In this document: piece after piece, positions 25,665-36,728 of the stretch
Position numbering within the stretch: position 1 is the first letter of the stretch
Layout: every line of letters begins with the position of its first letter
DNA from: Curvularia clavata
Lineage: Eukaryota
Reading direction: 5' to 3'
Length of the DNA stretch: 64,000 bases
Assembly: GCA_023920165.1 (NCBI GenBank)
Contig: CP089274.1
Location: 5,518,001-5,582,000, forward strand
The notes under the pieces: generated by a model
Told to the model about the DNA's origin: nothing
Database searches by the model: none
The model's input: the letters and a program-made list of their open reading frames with translations, nothing else
Program-made: the position numbers and the translations under genes

Positions 25665-26422
25665 CTATTTCCTGCCAGGCGCAAGACCAGGAACCGCGCT
25701 GAAGCGCTCATCACGCTCAGTCTTGAAAAGAATCTGACACCAGAACTCCTTGGAGTCTTCGTCAAACCAGTACCAGAACTTGCCTTCTCTCCTGTCGATA
25801 TCGCGAGACTGCAGCTTCACTGCGACTGTCTCATAAGGCTCTCCCGCAAAAATTATGTACTGGTAGTTTGGGTCCGGCTCTTCTACCCTCTGCTCATATG
25901 CACTCATGATGCGGACCTTGGGGGTGATGCCTGGAGTGAGGTCTGGAAATTGGAACTGAAACAGCAGCCCGTTTTGGCGCGTGTTCGGGTCGCGTACTTT
26001 TGTGATGCGATATCCAGGCCGTCCGATCTTGATGACGTTCTTCTTGGGCACTACGCCTGCAAGCAGCCCTTGCTGGCCAACATCGTCCCTCTTTCCTTCT
26101 CTCTGCTCCTTCGCGGCACGGCGCGCCAAGTTTGTCTGATGCTTTCGTCCTTGTGTATGTGCGAGGTAGGAGCCATCGTTCTGATGGACGGTCAAACAGA
26201 GACGGCACTCGAAGCTACCAACATGGTTCTTGAAGAAGTATGGGTCCTTGTCAAGGTCGATTGTCTCGAGCGCGAGCTTACGGAGACGCTCTCGTCGGTC
26301 GGCATTCGTTGCGGACTGTGAGGCGACACCTCCGCCACCAAATTTAGAGCCTGCACGATTCTGTGAGGGTCAGTAGCTGCTTCTCAACTTTTTTGTGGCA
26401 AGGAGTGTACCTGGTAATCCAT
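25665..26422 (-). CDS. PRP11: Splicing factor 3a subunit 2 (SF3a66/SAP62/Prp11)
   Basis: 12-nt first coding exon 26422-26411 (MDYQ), intron 26410-26361, then NRAGSKFGGGGVAS. U1-type Zn finger 'ECRLCLTVHQNDGSYLAHTQGRKHQTNL' and 'KIGRPGYRITKVRDP'. Confidence 0.96.
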
Positions 26423-26621
26423 GCTTAATCGCTGTTAGAGACACTTGTTGATCAATCCAAAGAGTTATGAGGCGTTTTTGAATACTTTACTCTTGCGCGA
26501 CTTGTGCTTGTTGGGTGTATGGGTTGTAAGTGAGGCGCGTCGGTGATGTATGTGCATGTCAAGAACTCTGGAGAGGCGGCGATCAGGTACCGCGCTAACG
26601 CTCTAAGTCTCCACTTGCAGT

Positions 26622-26629
26622 GTCACGTG
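26622..26629. promoter_or_regulatory. GTCACGTG (Cbf1/bHLH E-box-type motif) in the divergent PRP11/TBCE promoter
   Basis: Exact RTCACRTG match near the middle of the 418-bp divergent spacer. Function is inferred only. Confidence 0.3.
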
Positions 26630-26840
26630 CACATCTGCCTTGATACCTTCTTGCAACGTCCATCAAGGTTTACCTCAGCTAGGCTACACTGAATCCGGGA
26701 TCAAAATTAGCCTTTTTAAAGAAAATTCAAACAAGATCCACGAATGCGCCGGTGCATCAGACAGCGAAAGCCCTGCGGAATATCATAAAAATCACACAAT
26801 TATCTCAACGTTGCTTAGGTAGTCGATATCAGATTCAGCC

Positions 26841-28673
26841 ATGGCAACGGACATATATCCCGGAAAACGCCTTTCCTACTCATCTCATCTCTGCACCGTT
26901 CGTTACCACGGCCCCGTCGAAGGTACCACCGGCACTTGGCTTGGAGTAGAATGGGATGATCCCACTCGCGGGAAGCACTCAGGCTCGCACCAAGGCACTC
27001 AGTACTTTACATGTCTGAATCCCTCTCCCACGTCCGCATCATTCATACGCCCAACCCGCAAGCCAGATCCACCACGATCCTTTGTGAAGGCACTCAAAGC
27101 AAAGTATGCGTCTGAAGAGGAAGAACAAGAAGAAGGAGGCTCATACGTGAAAGTTGTATTTAATCTTCAAGCACCTCAACAGCCACAGGAGAGAAAGCCA
27201 GTGCTCTTCAATGGGAAACCCGCAGAGGAAATTGGATTTGACAAGATCAGGAAGCAGCTGGCCCAGCTATCGGAGTTGAAGATTATTATTTTAGATGGGC
27301 TGTGCATGTATCGTCCAGAAGCACGGGGTACGAAATGGATAGAAGGTGGCGAGACGAGCGATGTAAAAGATGCCTGTCCAAAAGCCATCGAATTGGATCT
27401 CAGCAGAAATCTTTTCGAGGAGTGGAGAGAGGTGGCCGCAATTTGTGAACAGCTCCCAGGACTGAGAAGTTTGAGGGTTGAGTAAGTACTTATCTATACC
27501 CTTCTCTTTGCATATGACTTAGAAATTGAGCTAAAACGATACAGCGGTACGCGCTTCCGAGATGCTAACCTCACGGATATGGAGCAAGAAAGATGCCGGA
27601 AAGCATTTACAGGCATAAGATCTTTGAAGCTTGAAGACACACTCCTTCCCTGGGCCGATATAGCACGACTCACTTATCTACTCCCCTCTCTCACCACATT
27701 TTCTGCCTCCAGTAACCTCTACACAGCACTCACGTTACATACGCCTAATCCAACAATTGTCGATCTGACACTAGAGGACAACCGCATCACTTCCCTCTCT
27801 TCCATCGAATGCCTGTCGAAACTACCAAACCTCCAACGGCTGATTCTGAAATCAAACAAAGTTTCAGAAATAGCAAGCGCTGGCGCAGCACCACCGCTAT
27901 TCCCCAAGACAGTACGAGAAGTTGATCTCTCGTTCAATGAGATAACAACATGGAGTTTTATCGACCAACTCGTCCACGTATTTCCCGGTCTCCAGAGCTT
28001 GCGAGTCTCGCACAATCCCCTGTATCAATCACTCCAAGCGCCAGACGGTCGTACATTGACTGCAGATGATGGATACATGCTTACGCTCGCGCGACTGGGG
28101 CAGATTAAGACATTGAATCATAGCCCAATCACCGAAAAGGAGCGGCTAAACGCAGAGTCGTATTATCTCTCCTTGATAGCAAAGGAGGTGCAGTTTGCAC
28201 CTGAGAACCTGCGTGAGCAGATTTTGAAAAGTCATCCCAGATACAACTGGCTGTGCGAGGAGTACGGCGAACCCGATATCCAGCGTTCCGCCAATGCTGT
28301 GAACCCAAACTCGCTAGCGGCCCGGCTGCTTCGCATCAAGTTCTACCTTGCAGCTTCGCCGTGCGACGTCTTCGAGACTGAGATTCCAAAGGGCAGTACC
28401 GTATACACTACCCTTGGAGTTGTTGGCAAGTATTACAGCATCAAGCCCATCAGATGCAGGTTGGTTTGGGAAACGGGCGACTGCATGTCTGTACGAAAGT
28501 CGGCTACAGAAATAGTAGACGATGATTGGGATTCCGACGACAGTGAGGCGGAAATGGGCATGGAGCGCGTCATGCGGGAAGTGGAAATTGTGCCTGGTAC
28601 GAGGTCGATTGGGACATGGGTTGACGGAACAGAGGCCACTATCAGAGTAGAGGTCCAGCCAGAGATCCTCTGA
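26841..28673 (+). CDS. PAC2: Tubulin-specific chaperone E (CAP-Gly + LRR + ubiquitin-like)
   Basis: CAP-Gly 'TVRYHGPVEGTTGTWLGVEWDDPTRGKHSGSHQG', LRRs (LDLSRNL, LILKSNKV, VDLSFNEI). Intron 27482-27544 joins the two ORFs in frame. Confidence 0.93.
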
Positions 28674-28724
28674 ATGCTGCTTTTGTGCCATATGGGGTTC
28701 CAGACACTAGACTCCGTTTGAGCT

Positions 28725-29671
28725 TCAGCGAAACCACCAGTTTACCTAGCAGTCACAGTTAGCGTGTGGCACTGATAATTAGGCAGTGAACCTACAGAAG
28801 CATTTGCACCCTTGCCAACCCCCCTAACTGCATGCCACCATCCTAAAGGAACATACAGCGCGTCCCCACTCGTAAGGGTCGTCTCCCATCCCTCTTGCCC
28901 ATCCAAAAGGGACTTATCTTCACCCCACACGGCCGCCTCAAGACCCTCCATTTCCTTCCCTTGCATCATCTCTGCACCCCTCATGTTTGCATCACCAGCA
29001 GCTCCCCGTATACGCCGCGATACCCGCTCAAAAACACTCCTACCAAGCTCAGGCCTCATGATCCTGAACTTCTTCTTGCCCGCCAACTGTACAAACAAAT
29101 TCGGATTCGGATCGCGATGCAGCGGAGTCCGAGTCGGTGGGCTTCCCATCCATAGGCTTGAAGCATAAATGTCACCTCGAGCTTTCAAGTGAGAGAGGAA
29201 GGCCACAGGCGTGGGTAAGTCCTTGTTCAGTTCTGCCGGGAGGTCTTCTAACGAGTGTTGTGCGAGATAGAGCCTTAGGTCCTGTTCTCCTGCCGCGCTG
29301 ACATGTGCTAGCAAAAGGGAAAAAGGCGCTTCAATGCGATCAAATGCCTCGTTCTCAGGGCGTCCGATGAATGGTCGCGTGACTTCCAGTGTTACCATTG
29401 CGTCGCCATGCTTTTCCAGATACGCCATATTTAGTTCTTGAGGGTAGCCCGAAGGCTCATTGCTCGAATTGAACCATCTTTCTCTCGCTGGATAACCTGC
29501 AAACGCGGATCTAAAGACTGCGGGTTTATTTGCGTCGAAAGCGGGTGTGCTGAATCCCGAGGCTTCATCGATGTACTCTAGTGCTTCCACCGCGCCGAAA
29601 CGCCTCGATACGGACGAGCACGATCGCACAAACGGTTTCGTGGAGTACACCGGTCGCAAGAGTCGAAACAT
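28725..29671 (-). CDS. JmjC/cupin-8 2-oxoglutarate/Fe(II) oxygenase with putative mitochondrial presequence
   Basis: ATG 29671; 'YLAQHSL', 'LWMG...TPLHRDPNPNLFVQLAGKK', 'GDALYVPLGWWHAV'. Intron 28795-28746 gives the family-typical end 'NASVNWWFR*'. Confidence 0.9.
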
Positions 29672-29834
29672 GTCGGATTGATTTTTGCGAGTGACGGCAT
29701 CGTTGGTTCTAGCACACGCGCGAGAGCTTGACACGCTCTCACGTTACCCCACACGCCCCGCCAAACCCTTCCCTTCCATGTAAACTTTACGTCTGTCTTC
29801 ACAACCAAACCCAAGCTCCACACACAGCACCATC

Positions 29835-30398
29835 ATGGCCTCCAAGCAAGGCGGCCAAGGCGGCCAGAGTAAGTACCTTTCTCTCACGCCCCGATTGGCA
29901 GCAGGGCGTCGAAAAAAGAAGAGCCATGGCTAACAACTCATTGCGCCAGTCGAAATAACATCGCTCCCCGTACCTCGCCTTCAAGAACTCAAAACGCAGC
30001 TCGACGCCGAACTCACCCACCTCTCCAACTCGTTCCAATCCCTGCGCACCGCGCAATCCAAATTTAAGGACTGCCTAACCTCCATTTCCACCGGTCTTAC
30101 TCCCGCTACAACCAGCAAGCCGCTGCTAGTCCCCTTGACATCTTCGCTTTACGTCCCCGGCAAGCTTACGGACCACGAGCACGTACTTGTGGATGTGGGC
30201 ACGGGGTTCTTTGTTGAAAAGGATATTGCGGGCGCCAAGGATTTTTATGAGCGCAAGGTCAAGGACTTGGGGGACAGTTTGAAGGATCTAGAGGCTGTGG
30301 TGCAGGGGAAGGCGCAAAATGTTAGGATGGTGGAGGAGGTGATTCGCTTGAAGGTTTTGAATGCGCAGGAGAGCAAGGGAGAAGAGCAAGGGAACTGA
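29835..30398 (+). CDS. GIM5: Prefoldin subunit 5 (alpha)
   Basis: Exon 1 29835-29868, intron 29869-29949, exon 2 to 30398. Motif 'LVPLTSSLYVPGKL...VLVDVGTGFFVEK'. Confidence 0.95.
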
Positions 30399-30701
30399 AG
30401 GGTATAGATTTATGAAGGATATAGTTTATGGGGAGGACGGAACTGTTCAAGAGCGGATACTCCATACCTAAAACTGGGCAACTTGAGGTGAAATGCTCAC
30501 ACCTACAAACAACATAACCGCATAGACGGCAGAAACGGCCACGATTAGATGGTCGGAACAAAGGCACGAATTAGTATGGTATGATAAGCTATCTGGCTTC
30601 TATTTCAGTGCCTTCTTACATCAGGCTGCCAAATCTAAAGACAGAATGCATACCTGCCTGACGCACCGGTCTCTTCTATCGCGTCGTATCGGCTCTACCT
30701 C

Positions 30702-32854
30702 TTAAATATCAATGCCTCCTGCTGTATCTGTGTCCGAACTGACCACAGCCGAAACCTCAAGCAATTTGGCTATGAGGATGCCGATGCCGCCGCGAGGGGA
30801 AGTTTGAGCTGCTGCACCAAGACTGAGACTACCCATGTCCAAATCGTCTTCGTTGGTGACATTGGTGGCATTGTACGAAGATTGGCCGTCGTCTGGGAGG
30901 AACGTGGTGACGGTATCGCCCCATTTAGCCTTGCGACCCATAGGGAGGTGCTCTAGCTCTGAAAGGTGATTTGCCCACTCTGCGTGACGAACGGCAAGAC
31001 TCCACACAGGTAGTTTCTGTGTCGGATGCCATATACGCATCAAATCGACCTTGAAGTAGGTGTTCTTGATCCCGAATGAGTAGATGGCAGTCAGACGTCC
31101 AGTCTGTACGTGTTTGCTGACAGTTGATGTGGTATCCCACTCGGCAAAAGCCTCAGCAGACTGGTGCTTGTAATCAGGTCGTAGCCTTACTTGCTTGGCG
31201 AACTGAGTCAAGACGGGCGAAATACTCTTGGAGAGTACGGGAATCATGGATTCCAGCGAAAAGTGCCATCCCCGACTCCTTGTCGACGTTAGCTTAGCTT
31301 TTTGCTGATACGGGAACTACTTACTCTCCTAGTTCCAACAGATTGATGTCCATATTCTTCCTAGGAGCTTTCGCACCCTGCTCCAGTCGGAAGAAACGTG
31401 GTGGAGACTTTTCATACACCCCTTCGTTATCGCGAATCCAGTCGACTTGGATTACAATCAGACTGCCTGAAAGAGTCGGATCAGTGGTCGGCTTTTGGAC
31501 GGAGGGCATTGGCCTTCCAAAGGAGCGGGTGGGTTCATGTGATGATGAAATGTCGCTACTCGGATCACGGAATACCCATGTTCCTCGAAGCATGGGGCGA
31601 GTCTCATTAAGAGTGGGAGGTATATAACTCGAGCAGGTAGTAGGCTTCGTTGGCTCAAAAAGATCGTCAGCTGCGCAGAGAGACCTCCACATCCGAATGC
31701 CGGTTGTGTCGTTGGTCAGCCTGTTTTTGTTAGCACCATATTGTGGCAAATGGAGAGGACGATTCCTTACCATCTTTTGTTGTCCAGTAAAATCGAGGTA
31801 TCAATTGACTTCAGGAAGAGTTCCTTATCGTGCTTCGTCCCAATATCCTCGTCACCGATATGTTTGGAGCGGATGGCTAAACAGCCCAGACGGATGGCCA
31901 TATCGTAGGTTCCCTTTTTGTGCCGGACAGACTCGAGAGCTTCTTGAAATGCATGCTCAATACGCGATAACTCTGTGGGATGTAGTGCCTCTCTGCGGAA
32001 GCTGCCAGGAAGGTTCATCATGGCACTAGGGAGGAGACGAGGTACAACCGGGTCTTCAAATTTTGGCCACCATGAACCAGCCCGCTCGAAGACAACGTCT
32101 ATACCCTCTTGGTCATCAAGCACAATGGTAAGTGAGTCGTGAGTACCCATCTCTTCATCCTTGACTTTCTCAATCATCGTGTTAAGATGCTCTTCAGCCG
32201 CTGCAAGGTTCGCAGTATCATAGGCCTGCACCTCTATCTGCCAGTCACTGCTGCTGTTTCCTTGGAGAGTGATATAGACTTCGTCACCAGTTCTGATGGC
32301 GTCCAGAACCTCCAATTTGTTGTTAAAAACATCACGAGGCGAGATGCCGCGGTCGTCAAGGTCTTTCGGCCAGCGTACAACTGTCTTTATGTGTGTGTGA
32401 ATTACAAATAATTGTAGCGTGATTCGAGAATACGTACCATGAGCAAAGGCTGCTCACACGGGTGAGGTTGAGGGGGTGAGCCCTTGAAGACTTGTTTACG
32501 CTCATGCTCCAGCGCTTCGAGCTGCTCGGAGTACCATTTGTTCGCGTCGAATGCCGGCATCTTCGCCCATGCTGAGGACTCTTTGGATTTACCGGGGGCG
32601 TTTGTGATCCACTTTTGGATGTACTGAGTAGCCCTTTCTAGGCCCGCGCCTGCACCGAAGATGTCAAACTGGGAGATAATACCTCCATCTTGGCCCCGTT
32701 GGTACTCCCAGTGTGGGAGTATCGTACAGCCTGTTTTGAGGTTGACATCGTTGACGAGCGTGTCTCGCTCCCTGACACGGCTAGGGCGACGAAATTCAGG
32801 TGGAACAGGTAAGACCCTGCTAGGCCTCTTTCCCTTCAGGGCATTTTGATCCAT
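30702..32854 (-). CDS. Uncharacterised 4-exon protein; N-terminal part weakly KH-like
   Basis: Exons 32854-32438, 32384-31771, 31720-31325, 31278-30702 splice four ORFs into one frame. Introns 1 and 3 need AAG acceptors. No family assigned with confidence. Confidence 0.8.
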
Positions 32855-33195
32855 TATTGAGAGAGGAGGCGCTGTGCCTTGCGAGTCCGTGACTGGGCGG
32901 CTGACTTTAAATTTTCAGGATGGAGTGACAGGCGGTTTGGCAGCGGCATGTATTTTATAGTATTGTGGAGATGAGGTGAGGCAGTTTGAGAAAGAAGGAA
33001 CAAACGGACAGTGACGTCCTGCGAGTGAAGCGCACGTGCACTCATCAGATACGAACTTTGTGACAAAATCAGGCAGCTGCAATCTCTGTCAATCAAAAAT
33101 TCGAGTAAAGGAAATGTCTCAAAATGAGCATTACAAGGTAGAATTCTCAGCCAACAGCTACTTAGTATGCTATCGTCTACGAGCAGCATGGCGGG

Positions 33196-33540
33196 TCATT
33201 GCCGAGTCGGAACTGTAAGACCAACGATATGGGCGGGAATATCGGCGCCGTCTAGAGATGGCTCGCTCCCTTCTCTGAGAGATTCACCATGAATGTTTTT
33301 ATCTGTATTTTGCCAGTTCGCAAATACAGTGTACGGCGCCCCGTGTATCTGGTCGGGGAGAGTATCCCGCAGGTATGGCAATTCTTGCAGGAGAGCCACC
33401 ACATCCTCCGTCTTAGCGAAACCTTCCCATACATTAGGCGGAATACTCGACCAGTCGCCCTCGGGTGGTTCCAGCACATCGGACCCATCCAGGTAGTCAC
33501 GGACTGCCGCTACTGTCCCCTCGCGCGAGTAGCTAATATC
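33196..33540 (-). pseudogene. Truncated relic of a widespread fungal hypothetical-protein family (YSR..AAVRDY..EPPEGxW..LLxxLPY..IVGLT)
   Basis: Reads DISYSREGTVAAVRDYLDGSDVLEPPEGDWSSIPP...LLQELPYLR...IPAHIVGLTVPTRQ*. No in-frame ATG seen nearby, premature TGA, and TpA-rich flank at 33600-33900. Confidence 0.5.
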
Positions 33541-34215
33541 GATTCTAAGTATGCTGGTATGTTTGGAGAAGTTGTGTGTCTAGTGTTGTGCATGGATGCC
33601 TAAAGTTCTGAGGCAGGATAATGAAGGTTAAATAGATACCTACTGTACCGCAAGCTTGGGTCGAGGGGTTCTATCGTGTATTGCTAAGAGGGCTATCTTA
33701 GGACTGCTTGCCTCGCCTAACTAATGTGATAGGCTTAGCTAACGATGTAACCACCTTAGCGTAAGCCACTTGGCCAGTGTAGAGGCTCAGATTGTTCTTC
33801 CTTGATGGTTACAGGAGGTGAACATAATTAAAGTAAACTGGTGCCTATTCTGTATGACATTTGACCGAATATTAGATTCATTTTTTGCTTAATCATTTGA
33901 GCAACATGTTCTTTTTAGAATGTTGAGCCACTTTGTGTTTCTCATCCATGTATGGTGGGCTTTTTGTTTTCATAGACGGAGTGTTCAAGATCAAGCGCAG
34001 TTGTCGGTGCACGGACGCGGAGATGCTGGGGTTGGCTCCGATCCATTTTCTGAGCCTCACGCAAAGTCGCTGGAGGGAAACCACTTGAGAGCGTCATAAC
34101 GCGCATTGTACCTCTCACAGCCGGTGTAACCATTGAGCAGTGGCACCAATCCCTCCTTGCGACTCGAGGCCTACATACACGGAACCGACAGATTGCCCTG
34201 CGTTCCTTTTTCGCC

Positions 34216-34926
34216 ATGGACGCAGTACCCATTTCGAAGAAGTTGATCGCCTTTGGCAGCAAGAAGATCTACCTGTACGTATGCCCACTCTCCATGCACA
34301 CGAGATGTATTAAGAATTGACCAATCCTCAGTCCTAAGTTCACAGTCGCACTCGTCCGAACACCGAAGCTGTCCCCCTACCACGCACGCTTCCTTGTCCC
34401 GCTCGACTTTTCAAAATATGATTTGCGCGACTACCTTTACCATGCTTACAACGTCCGATGCTTCAATATCCGCTCATACGTGAAGCAAATGCCCGTACGA
34501 GACACACGAGAGCAGCCACGACATTGGTTCCGCCCGGAATCGCAAAAGTACATGACGGTGGAGATGGAGCAGCCGTTTGTGTGGCCAGAGGTGCCTGACC
34601 TGGAGCCGTGGGGCCAGAAGGAGAAGCAGAACGAGATTGAAGACGCGGCAAGGACGAATGGTGCGGTGGACAACCGCGACAAGCGGGAGGCTGCGAGGAA
34701 ACTACGGGAACAGGTACAGAAGTTGCTGTACAAGGATGTGGCGCGTTCAGGCAAGAGCCAGGCATTGTCAGAGGAGCAGAACGCACAGGACTCAGAAGCA
34801 CAGGCAGCGAGGGAGAGTGAAGAGAGGATGCTGAAGCGCATGTCAAGAATAAAGCTCTGGGAGAAGGAGCGCACAGGGAAGGCGGTGGAGAGCGACAACC
34901 GCAAGAATTACGCCATCAAGGCGTGA
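34216..34926 (+). CDS. MRP20: Mitochondrial ribosomal protein uL23 (Mrp20)
   Basis: Exon 1 34216-34274 (MDAVPISKKLIAFGSKKIYL), intron 34275-34331. Then PKFTVALVRTP...FLVPLDFSKYDLRDYLYHAYNV...KYMTVEMEQPFVWPE. Confidence 0.92.
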
Positions 34927-36728
34927 TTTGGTTTAGTGCTACATATACGTGCTTGTACCATATGCATTGAGCCGCAGAGGAGGGCATCAAACACTGTATA
35001 ACATGAAAAATGGCCATGACTGCAGACGACATTGTAACACGTGCCGCGTGTGTTGCAATATCACACATGTCCTTCAATTGTGAAGTGAATATGCTCAGGT
35101 CAAAATCATCCAAAGCTGTGAGGAATCTACTGTGCAAGATACAACGATGAATCACCAGAATCATGACGCATCACGTGACACATGGTCTGGTTTGACTAGA
35201 GCAATGGGCTCATTCTCACAGACAGGACAGCTAGTTACTAGACATGGTATTCCTACCCGCAAAATGTGTTTTTTCCTGTTGTCATGCTCACCAAGAGGAA
35301 TATAAAATGATACGAGCCATTGGCTACATTGGAGTTACATAACAGACGTGGCAGTTGGCGTCTGAAGGCCAGAGGAAGAGCAAATCGATAGCTGGAGAAG
35401 CTGGTGCTGCTGGGGTGACGGTGCTTCCACGGTAAAATGATGTGCCTCAAGCGAGGCCATCGGATAGCATGGAACAAAGCTAGAATCCCTGTGCGCTATG
35501 GTGTCATAGAATGGGTTCCGAGACTGTTAATGGGCCGATAGAGCGAGATGATTACACAAACCGGGCTCGCGCGACGTGTTCCTGAGTGGTGCGGTAGGGT
35601 CCAACGCCTAGTACCCGTGGGCGCTAACACCATCTCGTGATTAAAGATTGGTTCCTGGAGTGAAGCAGGACGACATGGCCCCACGGGTTGCAGAGCCAGA
35701 AGCCAAAGGCCAGCTTTGGGCAGCACTGAATTTTGCATCAGGCAGCGTCTGGCAGCGTCTGGCGGCCATGGTCCTGGGCCATGTCGATGTGTCAGCCCAC
35801 AGACTGACAGGTCTATCCTCGCATGTTCGCTGAAGTTCGCGCGCTACCACGAGCGCGAACCAATGGGACGCATCTCACGTGGTGGTTTGTACATCGCACC
35901 CCTACACATGCTGCTCGATGCTTCGTCATCGGGCCTGGCCTGATGAGCTGCGAGGGTGCAGCGCCAAAACTTGGAACTGTGGCTGGAAAGCTGGGGGACC
36001 TGGAGGCATGAGGCAGCACAGCCTTGGGAGCTGAGGGTAAGGCAGAATGGGCGTCGTAGTGAACGAGCAGTCGGTAGTGTAAGCTGCGCAGCAGAGACAC
36101 CGCCGGTCAAAGGGCGGATATGGCCGGGTGAGGGGCTGAGACGGGCGCGACAGGCGTAAGGGGCATGGCGGGCGTGAGTTCGCAGTGGGCGAGGCGTCGT
36201 CGGTCACAGAAGCGGAATCCGGTCGTGGTCAGGCAGGCGTCATTACGTCACAAGCCAGGCCCTGTGCACTAAAGGCACTGCCCACCTCGCCCAGCGTCAA
36301 GACAACGGTAATCTCTACGCCACCCCACCTGGCACCAAAACACATCCTTGGGTCCCAAGCACCTTGTACAGTCATCATCGCTGCTCCTCGGCCGTCCATC
36401 TTCCCGCCTGCCGCCGCCAACCTGTTAAATACAACCGCCTGCCGGTGCCTTGCGCGCCTCGACACCCTTCCCCCCACCCACCTTGTCACGTCACTTCGCA
36501 GGCACCCTCTATTCTTCATTACACCCGCCTTCCACAACATAGACTTGAGCTGAAAGCCAAGCGAGACTGTTCTGAGCACCACGCTCTTCGGTACGCCTAC
36601 TGCGCCTGCCACTTGGCTCCCTCTCGTGCCCCTCGCTAACAAGCCATGCTCAGTGGACCGGACCCCTGAAAGAGAGATACACATAGAGACCAAAAGAGCC
36701 TTCGCCCATCTGGGTACAGACCACCACC

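Noticed and set aside
25608..26321. 237-aa plus-strand ORF
   Set aside because: Antisense shadow of PRP11.
32854..32949. 31-aa upstream ORF whose TAA overlaps the main ATG (TAATG stop-start)
   Set aside because: Its ATG sits immediately after a TATAAAA box, so it is probably upstream of the transcription start and not on the mRNA.
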